49,715 nt of DNA from Escherichia phage JohannLBurckhardt: the sequence record MZ501085, one strand, 5' to 3'. The position numbers were made by a program, and so were the translations under genes. How positions within the stretch are numbered: the stretch's first letter is position 1; each line of letters starts with the position of its first letter. Below, piece after piece: positions 35,690 to 43,448 of the stretch. Below the pieces are notes generated by a model. That model made no database searches, was not told where the DNA came from, and saw only the letters and a list, made by a program, of their open reading frames with translations.

Positions 35690-37267
35690 TCACCCCATTA
35701 AAGCAGGATTCACAAACACGCGCCCATTCGTGAGGCATACGTAATTAAGATCTTCAAGGATTGGAAGCAAGTGATCCTCAATTCGCTTCATCACACCAGC
35801 CTGACCCAGGAACGGACGAACCTTGCGCACGGATTCGTAAATCGCCCGTGCAGTGATAGCGCCCTTATTGGCTTTTCCGAGCCTTGTTATCGTGTCGATA
35901 ATCTTGATCAACTCCGCATCCTGACCAGCATGACCGGAAGCATTTGCAGCGCTGATGTAGGTCTTGCTCAACTCCTGGAACATCAAGAGCGCCTCCTGCA
36001 TCGTCTCAACGTCAATCTCTCGTGACTTTGTGGCGGTTCCGTTAACATCCTGCCAGTTTCGGATCGTGTGAATAACGGATGCCAGGCGAATGACTTGTTT
36101 ATCCATTTTACCCAATGCGCCGCGTAGCATGGTGTGAGAATATTCTCCTCCGTCTGCAAGCTTTGGCTCCATTTCCTGGCGTGCAATGTTGAGCACCCGC
36201 ATAGCGGAGCGGCTAACCTTCAATGAAACGGATTGCTCCGTCATGATATTGTGGATCAGCTTGTAATAGTCCGCTTTAAGACCTGCATCAACTGGCGTGT
36301 AGGTTGTGTCTCCTTTGTCGTCAACAAACTTACGGCGGCCTAAGAATGATTCCTCTCGCACAAGCAAGAAACGTTCAGAAACACCGATACCACGAGCACC
36401 AGCCTCCATAATGCCGCTGATTGTTTCGTCCTGCGCAATCACAGCCATGCAACCTAGAGCCGTAAAGCTCATGTTGTTTTCTGCATTTGCACGGGCGATG
36501 GAAACGTGACCGCTATCCCAAGCCTTTAGCACCAATTCGCTGTTAGTCTTGCGCTCGCTATTGGCGTATGTCAGTCCGAGCAGTGAGTTGATACTTGTTG
36601 CCTCGTCCGAGATAACAGCAAAGTTACCCTGGCGAAAGTTGATTTTAGCCAAACCCTCTGGAGTGGTATCTGAAACAGGAAACACAACGTCGCACAGTTT
36701 AGCCAGCTTTTCCTCGTACTCCTCTTTCTCCTCGTAAAGCGCAGCGTACTCAGTGCCGGAGCGCTCGCTCTTTAATTCCTTTGCGATCCCGTTGAGTTTC
36801 GCCTGAATCTTTTTGCGCTCTTTCTTGCGTTGCTCGTTGATTCGCTCAACCTCTGCAACAATCGGAGCAATCGCCATTGAGTTGATCGCAGATTTACCAG
36901 TAGACGGCGGCTGGCTTGTAACAACGTATAGCGCCGTTGGCTGATCGGTTCCGTGGTATTCAACGGAGAATCTCCCGAGCATCGCGGCAGACACGCAGCC
37001 TACAAAGTGCATATAGGCAGATGAAACAGGGAATTGCACAGACTCCGCCAGGCTGCGAGACAACTTGCCTACAACGTCGCAATCGTTGCCGAGGGAAATA
37101 ACAGGGTATTTGTCGTTTCCGCTGTTAATGTCCTTCACGTCACCCCAAAAACCAGACGAGCGAGAGTATCCGTTTGCCTGGATTGCAACCTTAACGGCGC
37201 TCAAGCCTTGAGCCTCAGCCGTTGAAATGATTTGTTGTGGTGTCAGCGTGGATTGTTCAAAAAACAT
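35690..37267 (-). CDS. P-loop NTPase (putative replication/helicase-type protein)
   Basis: 525 aa; Walker A SQPPSTGKSA and Walker B-like VISDEAT; RBS AAGGAG; downstream of motif site n. Confidence 0.5.
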   Translation of the reverse strand: MFFEQSTLTPQQIISTAEAQGLSAVKVAIQANGYSRSSGFWGDVKDINSGNDKYPVISLGNDCDVVGKLSRSLAESVQFPVSSAYMHFVGCVSAAMLGRFSVEYHGTDQPTALYVVTSQPPSTGKSAINSMAIAPIVAEVERINEQRKKERKKIQAKLNGIAKELKSERSGTEYAALYEEKEEYEEKLAKLCDVVFPVSDTTPEGLAKINFRQGNFAVISDEATSINSLLGLTYANSERKTNSELVLKAWDSGHVSIARANAENNMSFTALGCMAVIAQDETISGIMEAGARGIGVSERFLLVREESFLGRRKFVDDKGDTTYTPVDAGLKADYYKLIHNIMTEQSVSLKVSRSAMRVLNIARQEMEPKLADGGEYSHTMLRGALGKMDKQVIRLASVIHTIRNWQDVNGTATKSREIDVETMQEALLMFQELSKTYISAANASGHAGQDAELIKIIDTITRLGKANKGAITARAIYESVRKVRPFLGQAGVMKRIEDHLLPILEDLNYVCLTNGRVFVNPALMG

Positions 37268-37295
37268 CTTAAAGTCTCCTTGTTGGTTGACCCGT

Positions 37296-37338
37296 ATTAT
37301 AGGTCAACCATCTTACAGCCTTTTAGCAATTCGTGCTA
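37296..37338 (-). promoter_or_regulatory. palindrome-type promoter element (site n)
   Basis: On - strand TAGCA-cgaat-TGCTA, 22 nt, TATAAT inside GGTTGACC/GGTCAACC inverted repeat; TAG is stop of upstream gene. Confidence 0.6.
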
Positions 37339-37581
37339 TTTTAAACGTTCAACTTTTGCTAATAATCTTCCGTCAACTATTGAGTGACACTCAAGCGTTT
37401 CAGGATCAAAATCAAGCGACTTATGGAAGGTGTGACCAATCAGCCACTTGTCGCCACGGTCACGTATAAGATAAACCTCCTCACCCTCAACCAGGCTTGA
37501 TGTTGTTCCGTACACGACGCGGAACCTGTTTTTGCGCATCGCGGCTGGTACGTGCTTTTGGTAGTCAACGCCTGTGATCAT
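37336..37581 (-). CDS. hypothetical protein
   Basis: 81 aa; ATGA overlap with upstream gene. Confidence 0.5.
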   Translation of the reverse strand: MITGVDYQKHVPAAMRKNRFRVVYGTTSSLVEGEEVYLIRDRGDKWLIGHTFHKSLDFDPETLECHSIVDGRLLAKVERLK

Positions 37582-37943
37582 GAATATTTAGCCTCAAAAA
37601 GATAAGAACCACCAGCAGAGAAACCAACCTCCTCCCGATACAGAGTGAAGCGGTCGCCGTCCTCGTCAAACACATAGCCAGCAACGCCGCCCAATACGCG
37701 CCCTTGTTCGATCTGGTAGCGCTTGCCAGCCTTGAACGTTTTCTTGTGCTTCATGCTATGGTCTACCCAGGTGCATTTTATTGTTTTGGTCTTGATCTCA
37801 CGGAAATCATTAAAATTTGCGTTCTCCCACTTTGCGCCTTTGGTTAACTCCTTAACCTGGAAGGAACCAGTTTCAAAGAATTGAACCTCGTCAACAATAC
37901 GACCTTTCATTAACTTGTTGTCAGAGTTGCGGATAACTTTCAT
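37578..37943 (-). CDS. hypothetical protein (MK.IR / AGK.Y small-protein family)
   Basis: 121 aa; RBS AAGGAG; contains FKAGKRYQIEQG segment shared with several + strand small proteins. Confidence 0.55.
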   Translation of the reverse strand: MKVIRNSDNKLMKGRIVDEVQFFETGSFQVKELTKGAKWENANFNDFREIKTKTIKCTWVDHSMKHKKTFKAGKRYQIEQGRVLGGVAGYVFDEDGDRFTLYREEVGFSAGGSYLFEAKYS

Positions 37944-37972
37944 GATTTGCTCCTTTCGTTTGATGTGGTTGC

Positions 37973-38015
37973 ATAATAGCGGATCTTATCGACCCGCTTT
38001 TAACAAAAAGTGCTA
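37973..38015 (-). promoter_or_regulatory. palindrome-type promoter element (site o)
   Basis: On - strand TAGCA-ctttt-TGTTA, 22 nt, TATTAT in AGCGG/CCGCT hairpin; leader CAAACGAAAGGAG. Confidence 0.6.
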
Positions 38016-38726
38016 TTTTGAGTTAGCCAGCCATACAGCAATAGCCAGGCCGCGAGGAGTGAGCGAGCGAATCAGTTTTGTTCGCGCTGATTTACCGCCT
38101 AATTTCTTCCAGCCTGGATTGTCATTCCCAACCGGATACACTGGCAAAGCCTCAGGCATCACAAAGCCGTTACCAGTCCAAAGGCAAGTTTGCTTATTGT
38201 AAGCGTCACTCGCTGGGATGATATCAGGAAAGGCAGGGTGAGCTTCATCCTTGATATGGATGTAGCCGCCATAGTCGCACGGATGGAATTTATGATCCGG
38301 CTTGCGCCATAGCGTTGACAGCTTGCCTACAGGGTTTTCGATCATGTACGGCACGCCGAAATGATCAGCAATGTCAGCCGCAATCTTGCAGGTGTTTGCC
38401 GCCTCAACCTGGAATTTCGGATTCAACTCAGCTTTGCGCTTCCAGTGGCGAGAGCCGGAGTTAGCCAGGTCTGTGCATGGCGGGAATGCCATAATGAAAT
38501 CAGGCTTGCCGTAAAATTCCATTTGCGCACGGTGGCGGAAATCGCTGTCAATCCATGCGTTAACATATTCGATGTTCGGATGCGTTACGCGCACTGATTG
38601 GTACGATCCGTGATCACCTTTATCGGCATTAAAGCAAATCACTTTGTAACCAGCTTTCGCCCACGGCAGAGCCGCATAGCCGGAGCCGTCGAACATTGAG
38701 AAAACCAGACCTTTGATGTTGTTCAT
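38013..38726 (-). CDS. putative DNA (cytosine-5)-methyltransferase
   Basis: 237 aa; motif order FSMFDGSG (motif I-like), PPCTD (PC motif IV-like), ENP (motif VI-like) with C5-MTase-like spacing; short for the family. Confidence 0.5.
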   Translation of the reverse strand: MNNIKGLVFSMFDGSGYAALPWAKAGYKVICFNADKGDHGSYQSVRVTHPNIEYVNAWIDSDFRHRAQMEFYGKPDFIMAFPPCTDLANSGSRHWKRKAELNPKFQVEAANTCKIAADIADHFGVPYMIENPVGKLSTLWRKPDHKFHPCDYGGYIHIKDEAHPAFPDIIPASDAYNKQTCLWTGNGFVMPEALPVYPVGNDNPGWKKLGGKSARTKLIRSLTPRGLAIAVWLANSK

Positions 38727-38736
38727 TTTTTAACCC

Positions 38737-39021
38737 TCAGAATGGGAAGCAACGCTTGCAAGCCGGATCGAATTCACAGCCGCAGTCATTTACAATCATG
38801 GTTGGATCGGCAAACATCGCTCCGCTTTCCATATCCATATCCATATCGCCAAGCGCATCATCCAGCGTGCGCAGTTTATAAGCAACCTCAAGCGCTGCCT
38901 CTTTATTCAGTCCAGCAGCCTCCGCTTCATGTAGGCGGGCAAAGAAACCATCTTGTACCACAATTTTCTCCTCTAAACTGGCGGCGCAATTGCCGCCTTT
39001 AAACCAATCAGGACTTATCAA
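38737..39021 (-). CDS. hypothetical protein (acidic, Cys-containing C-terminus)
   Basis: 94 aa; coupled to upstream gene. Confidence 0.5.
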   Translation of the reverse strand: MISPDWFKGGNCAASLEEKIVVQDGFFARLHEAEAAGLNKEAALEVAYKLRTLDDALGDMDMDMESGAMFADPTMIVNDCGCEFDPACKRCFPF

Positions 39022-39245
39022 GCTTTCCAGGTTTCGATATACATCGAATTTTCATCCAGGAAGTTAATCACGTCTTGCTTGCTGTACTGGCGCAGGGTGC
39101 AGCGCGGTGATGTTCCAACGGTGTAGCAGCCTTTACCCTCGGTGATGGTCACTTGCTTGATTTTCTCGCCTGGGATGTCGCACTTGATGATCACGCGATG
39201 GTGGCTATCAAGGGTTTTCATGATGTTTTCGGTTTTGAGTTTCAT
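39018..39245 (-). CDS. hypothetical protein
   Basis: 75 aa; RBS GAGGA; first gene after motif site p. Confidence 0.5.
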   Translation of the reverse strand: MKLKTENIMKTLDSHHRVIIKCDIPGEKIKQVTITEGKGCYTVGTSPRCTLRQYSKQDVINFLDENSMYIETWKA

Positions 39246-39276
39246 TCGTTTATCCTCGTTCGTTGTTGATGGCGCT

Positions 39277-39319
39277 ACTATAACGGGACGAAGCGCCGGA
39301 GTTTTAACAAAAAGTGCTG
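39277..39319 (-). promoter_or_regulatory. palindrome-type promoter element (site p)
   Basis: On - strand CAGCA-ctttt-TGTTA, 22 nt, TATAGT inside GGCGC/GCGCC inverted repeat; TGA stop of upstream gene abuts motif. Confidence 0.55.
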
Positions 39320-39586
39320 TCAGTTGTAGATAACACTTTTAATCTTCTTGATCTCGTCAACTAGCTCTTGTTCGTCGTGAATCATGGAGGGCGAGCACTC
39401 CCAACAAGCGGAGGGAAGTTTCTTGTTCTTGCCCTTAATCAGAAAGCCGCCCATTAACTCCCAATTGCAGATAAGGCGATCATCACGCATATCGTACAGG
39501 TTGAACAGGTTGCGACGCTCGCCACTAACGTAAATCTTCACCCCATTGTTGCGGCAGAATACGCGCAATTCTTTCGTCGCTCGCAT
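39320..39586 (-). CDS. hypothetical protein
   Basis: 88 aa; coupled. Confidence 0.5.
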   Translation of the reverse strand: MRATKELRVFCRNNGVKIYVSGERRNLFNLYDMRDDRLICNWELMGGFLIKGKNKKLPSACWECSPSMIHDEQELVDEIKKIKSVIYN

Positions 39587-39780
39587 TATTCACTCTCCAG
39601 TACAGTAACAGGTTCCAGGCGCTCCAGTACAACTTTAAAATCCGCAAAGAATGTCGGCCTACGTTCGGTTAGCTCGGTATAGGTGTCAATCGCTAGAGTT
39701 GCGCGATCACCTTCATAGCACACCACACGCTTTCCACCTGCGCGGCTGATTGCCACCACGCGATAGGTATTCTTGATCAT
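39586..39780 (-). CDS. hypothetical protein
   Basis: 64 aa; ATGA overlap. Confidence 0.5.
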   Translation of the reverse strand: MIKNTYRVVAISRAGGKRVVCYEGDRATLAIDTYTELTERRPTFFADFKVVLERLEPVTVLESE

Positions 39781-39980
39781 TAAATAACCTCCATAACAGT
39801 ATGCTCGTCACCAGCCAGTGACCAGAGAGTGTTAGTAAGTTGCTTCACTTTCCAGGTGAGGCCGGAGTGATAGCAGACCATTTCCTCAAGGTCGATTGTG
39901 ATCTCAATGCCTTTCTTGAAGATTCCAGGCGTCAGCTCTGGATTGCGGCGAATAACTTTAGCGTCTATCTGGTCTTGCAT
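39780..39980 (-). CDS. hypothetical protein
   Basis: 66 aa from ATG 39980 (RBS GAGGAA); longer track ORF start would lie inside the promoter element. Confidence 0.5.
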   Translation of the reverse strand: MQDQIDAKVIRRNPELTPGIFKKGIEITIDLEEMVCYHSGLTWKVKQLTNTLWSLAGDEHTVMEVI

Positions 39981-40012
39981 TTTTGATTCCTCAGTTTCGT
40001 TTTGTTGAGGCA

Positions 40013-40055
40013 ATGATACCGCATCGCATCTGACTGGTTTTAACAAAAAGTGCTA
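40013..40055 (-). promoter_or_regulatory. palindrome-type promoter element (site q)
   Basis: On - strand TAGCA-ctttt-TGTTA, 22 nt, TATCAT; leader CAACAAAACGAAACTGAGGAA. Confidence 0.6.
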
Positions 40056-40334
40056 TCACTTCATCATATGCAGATTGTTAGCGATAAACTTGACAACTTC
40101 ACGCAGTTGCTTTTCGTCAAAGATAGTCGCTGGCAATTCTTCTTTCAAATCCTGGTGCAGATAAACGTTTCCGTGCCAGGCGAGTTTGTCATGCTCGATG
40201 CGATAGCTACACATCCACTCACAATCGTTGTCAGCTTCCCAAATGCACAGAGCGGTGTAGTCGCCCAAATCCTCAACGGTTAACTCAATGCCGCGTTTCT
40301 TTGCCATGTTGAAAGTGGTCTTGCTGATGTTCAT
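40056..40334 (-). CDS. hypothetical protein
   Basis: 92 aa from ATG 40334 (RBS GAGGAAAA). Confidence 0.5.
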   Translation of the reverse strand: MNISKTTFNMAKKRGIELTVEDLGDYTALCIWEADNDCEWMCSYRIEHDKLAWHGNVYLHQDLKEELPATIFDEKQLREVVKFIANNLHMMK

Positions 40335-40365
40335 TTCGTTTTCCTCAGTTCGTTTCGTTGAATGC

Positions 40366-40409
40366 ATTATGACAAATCCTATCCGCTCTTTTTTTAGCAA
40401 AAAGTGCTA
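40366..40409 (-). promoter_or_regulatory. palindrome-type promoter element (site r)
   Basis: On - strand TAGCA-ctttt-TGCTA, 23 nt, CATAAT; leader TTCAACGAAACGAACTGAGGAA. Confidence 0.55.
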
Positions 40410-40424
40410 TTTAATCGGTAGTCA

Positions 40425-40525
40425 GTGATTTTGATGATTGCTTGACCACTTTTGCAATGATGTTTTTGATGTCCGTCAACTTTTGTGTGATTGTGATGAT
40501 TGTTGATGTTTTTTGATGTGATTTG
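40425..40525 (+). repeat. degenerate short tandem repeats (TGATG / TTTTGATG units)
   Basis: gattttgatgattg...caatgatgtttttgatg...gattgtgatgattgttgatgttttttgatgtgatttgaatg in AT-rich noncoding region. Confidence 0.5.
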
Positions 40526-40698
40526 AATGTGGGAATCAGCATGGCCTGGCGGTGTCGTTTTTGCGCTCTCGAAAACTCCGCCCTGTTATCTTCTGTTTGC
40601 ACTCGTTTCCTCTTGTTACCGAAAGTACGGTGGCGTAGTTTGTTCGTGTTTTTCGCGTAGCAGAAACAAAAAAAACTTTTAATTACCCTATAAACAAC

Positions 40699-40737
40699 TA
40701 ATAAAATCAATAGTTTATTTATATATATTATATTTGT
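40699..40737 (+). repeat. AT-rich conserved block, copy 2 (direct repeat with 21344..21384)
   Basis: TAATAAAATCAATAGTTTA identical 19-mer plus similar flanks. Confidence 0.7.
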
Positions 40738-40995
40738 TTTCACTACGTTATACTTGTTCCATATGGTATGGGGTGGTTATGGGATTTTATTATTGGTGGT
40801 ATTGGTTAATTTATAGGCATGTTCCGCTCAGGATGTGTGCGATTCATCATTTCGTTGTGGTTGCTTTGGGTGACATATACATATTTATTATGTCCTCCGA
40901 AAAAACTGTAACGGCTGTAACATGCAAAAAACAGAATTTATAATCATAAAAATCAACAACTTGCGATAAATTTTGTTTTTCGGCTCAAAAAAAAC

Positions 40996-41024
40996 TTGTG
41001 GAAACCGATTGTAACATGCATAAT
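40996..41024 (+). promoter_or_regulatory. candidate sigma70-like promoter for right-hand early operon
   Basis: TTGTGG - 17 nt - CATAAT; leader CACGAAACGAAC then GGAGG and ATG 41057. Confidence 0.4.
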
Positions 41025-41056
41025 GCACCACGAAACGAACAAGCGGAGGTAAAACT

Positions 41057-41482
41057 ATGTCAGATCAATCATTTGGCGATCAGTTGCGTGCAGCGGCGAG
41101 AATGTTGGCGAGTGGTGAGCGTGATGAGATTATCATGACCGACTACCAGTTACAGCAAGCGTCCGGCAGGGAGAAAATCAACCCAAGCCATATCCGTACA
41201 ACTATGGCGCGAGAGGTTCGCACCCTGGGAGCTATCAGCGTGAAGCGCATCACGGATCCGATTGGGTACGTTTGCACATTCAACCCTGACCCAAAAAAGC
41301 GAGCGATTGCCAGCGACGAGCTACCAGCAATCAAGGCGCGTGCGACTAACAAAGCACTGAAAGCGATTGCAGACGTGATGCCAAACCTCACAGACCTGGA
41401 GGGCGAGCAGTTGCAGGGTGCTATCATTGCGGTGCAGCGCTACCAGGATTTAATCAAGAAGCAAATCAACGAGGAGGTTTAA
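41057..41482 (+). CDS. hypothetical protein
   Basis: 141 aa; RBS GGAGG; first gene after AT-rich region. Confidence 0.55.
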   Translation: MSDQSFGDQLRAAARMLASGERDEIIMTDYQLQQASGREKINPSHIRTTMAREVRTLGAISVKRITDPIGYVCTFNPDPKKRAIASDELPAIKARATNKALKAIADVMPNLTDLEGEQLQGAIIAVQRYQDLIKKQINEEV

Positions 41483-41484
41483 TT

Positions 41485-41745
41485 ATGTGCAACGAGAAAA
41501 TCGATCAGCTTGTAGACGAAATCATTGAGGCGCACGACCGCGCCGGATTCAACTCTATCTTTATGGTATGCCCTGACGCTTTCGGCATTACAGAAAGCGA
41601 GCTTAAAGAGGCGGTTGAGCAGGTGGAGTCCGTACTCCGAACCGATAACTCTGGTGACGAAATCTTTTCAGCCTTGACTGCTTGCGATGGTGGCGGAGTG
41701 TTTACTCTTTCGCTTGTTAACGCAAACACGATCCTGACCATCTGA
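41485..41745 (+). CDS. hypothetical acidic protein
   Basis: 86 aa; strongly acidic. Confidence 0.5.
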   Translation: MCNEKIDQLVDEIIEAHDRAGFNSIFMVCPDAFGITESELKEAVEQVESVLRTDNSGDEIFSALTACDGGGVFTLSLVNANTILTI

Positions 41746-41753
41746 TTGGTAAA

Positions 41754-41796
41754 TAGCACTTTTTGCTAAAACAGCCCCGCGCGAGTGGGGCATAAT
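41754..41796 (+). promoter_or_regulatory. palindrome-type promoter element (site g)
   Basis: TAGCA-ctttt-TGCTA, 22 nt, CATAAT; leader CTCAACGAAACGAATTGAGGAG. Confidence 0.6.
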
Positions 41797-41829
41797 GCAC
41801 TCAACGAAACGAATTGAGGAGACTGCAAA

Positions 41830-41985
41830 ATGTTTACACTGATTACCTGGGAGCACGAAAACAGCGAGCCAGTATCCGTAACATACGATTGGCTGGCTCA
41901 GTGCTACAATATCGCCAAAAACGGTGGTTTCTACAAAGCGCAGATTGTTAACGAATTTGGGGTTGTTGAGTATGAGTTTCATTAA
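41830..41985 (+). CDS. small protein (51 aa)
   Basis: ATG 7 nt after GAGGAG, first ORF after site g; not in track (<60 aa). Confidence 0.4.
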   Translation: MFTLITWEHENSEPVSVTYDWLAQCYNIAKNGGFYKAQIVNEFGVVEYEFH

Positions 41986-42181
41986 TGCATGTGACGTCAA
42001 GCCTGGCGTTGTGTACCGCTCAAAATACACAGATCGGCTGTGGCGCTGGGATGGTGCAACTATGTGGACGAAAGGCGCGGGAGATGTGATTTGGCATGAA
42101 TCCGGCTGGCCTCACCCAACAATGACGCGCAAGGACATCGCTTATTATCTGGCAGTTGGCGAATTCGAGGAGGTTAAATAA
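41972..42181 (+). CDS. hypothetical protein
   Basis: 69 aa from ATG 41972, overlapping end of previous small ORF. Confidence 0.45.
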   Translation: MSFINACDVKPGVVYRSKYTDRLWRWDGATMWTKGAGDVIWHESGWPHPTMTRKDIAYYLAVGEFEEVK

Positions 42182-42369
42182 TGCTCAAGACGGTTCACCC
42201 TGACACGCACGGCGACGAAATGAGAATCTACGGGCGGCATGACAAGATCCACATTGACGGATGCTTTGACGGCGAGCGAATCGCCTGGCGTGGAATATAC
42301 ACGCATAAGCAAGCGCGTGAGATTGCAGAGAGACTTAACGACCTTGCAGACATTATGGAGGGCAAATAA
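42181..42369 (+). CDS. hypothetical protein
   Basis: 62 aa; TAATG overlap. Confidence 0.5.
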   Translation: MLKTVHPDTHGDEMRIYGRHDKIHIDGCFDGERIAWRGIYTHKQAREIAERLNDLADIMEGK

Positions 42370-42554
42370 TGATCAGATTCAACGTTGACTATCCAGGCTT
42401 TATTGCTGGCAAGACCTATCAAGCGAAATACGCAGCGCACCCATTCTACGGCTACCTTGCAATCAAGGTTGTGGACGAGGACGGCGATGCGCGTTACCTG
42501 GCGATTGAGTTGCTGGAGGACGGATCCATTGTTGAGGTGGATGATGAAGATTAA
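42369..42554 (+). CDS. hypothetical acidic protein (MK.IR / AGK.Y family)
   Basis: 61 aa; FIAGKTYQ motif; acidic C-terminus. Confidence 0.5.
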   Translation: MIRFNVDYPGFIAGKTYQAKYAAHPFYGYLAIKVVDEDGDARYLAIELLEDGSIVEVDDED

Positions 42555-42894
42555 CGCACAAGCACGCAACTACGCGCTAAAGCACGGGATTCACATCTAC
42601 GGACTGACCAACGAGCAGAGCCGCGCCTTGGTTTTCTACGATATCGCCAGCGGAACAAAGCTATGCACTTACAAGAGCTACAGCGATGATAACCCATTGC
42701 AGAAGTCGCTCAACTACAAGATGAAGCCGGAAACCTGGCAAGCGATGCCGGATGATATCCGCACGGCTCAGGGTGTGCAAAAGGCAATCGAGGCTATGGT
42801 TGCAACTGGCACGGCGCGACCGCTGGACGAGGACGAGCTAGCGGAGGCACGCAACAAGATCCTCAGTCGGTCAACTGGAGTTAAGATCATATGA
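42541..42894 (+). CDS. hypothetical protein
   Basis: 117 aa from ATGATG 42541 (RBS GAGGTGG); N-terminal extension in track overlaps previous gene. Confidence 0.5.
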   Translation: MMKINAQARNYALKHGIHIYGLTNEQSRALVFYDIASGTKLCTYKSYSDDNPLQKSLNYKMKPETWQAMPDDIRTAQGVQKAIEAMVATGTARPLDEDELAEARNKILSRSTGVKII

Positions 42895-42955
42895 GCAGTT
42901 GGCACAATGAGCACGTCATGCAATTCTACCGCCAAAGGATAAAGAAAATCCTCAA

Positions 42956-42998
42956 TAGCACGAATTGCTAAAACACCAGATCGGGGTTGCGCTATAGT
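42956..42998 (+). promoter_or_regulatory. palindrome-type promoter element (site h)
   Basis: TAGCA-cgaat-TGCTA, 22 nt, TATAGT inside GGGGT/ACCCC inverted repeat; leader ATCGAAACGAAAC. Confidence 0.6.
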
Positions 42999-43034
42999 AA
43001 CCCCATCGAAACGAAACACGCTGAGGAGCACAAA

Positions 43035-43202
43035 ATGAAATCTCGCAAATACCGCAACATCTTCAACAACCTGACATACTGGCTGGAGGACGGCGCTGTC
43101 ATGGTTAGCAACGGCGAGCAAACAAATAAATCGCTGTTAAGCGCAGAGGAGTTTTTCATTGCGGTAGGCCGTGACGTTCTGGTACTGATTGAGGGGGAAT
43201 AA
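43035..43202 (+). CDS. small protein (55 aa)
   Basis: ATG 43035 after GAGGAGCA; first ORF after site h. Confidence 0.45.
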   Translation: MKSRKYRNIFNNLTYWLEDGAVMVSNGEQTNKSLLSAEEFFIAVGRDVLVLIEGE

Positions 43203-43205
43203 TAC

Positions 43206-43448
43206 ATGCTGTCAATTCGAAACTGGTTTATGCGCTTCATCGGGAAAGAGGTTGAGGCTTTCGGCTACAACATTCCGGCAAACTTCAAGCGTGCCTGCCC
43301 TGGCAATGCCAGCGGGGTTTATTGGGAAATGCCAGACGGCACATACTGGTTCACGATAATTTCTGGAATGCCGATCCAGGTTAGTGAGCGCGACTATGAG
43401 CGCGGGACGTGGTTTAAAGCAATGCTTGAAGTAGGGGAGGAATTTTAA
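43206..43448 (+). CDS. hypothetical protein
   Basis: 80 aa. Confidence 0.5.
   Translation: MLSIRNWFMRFIGKEVEAFGYNIPANFKRACPGNASGVYWEMPDGTYWFTIISGMPIQVSERDYERGTWFKAMLEVGEEF

Noticed and set aside
40411-40743. 110-aa - strand ORF (and 40734..40943 + ORF) inside the second AT-rich region
   Set aside because: Low-complexity, no RBS, lies across repeat array and shared regulatory block; more likely noncoding.
42890-42970. 26-aa ORF reading through motif site h
   Set aside because: Would translate the regulatory palindrome; no SD; probably noncoding.
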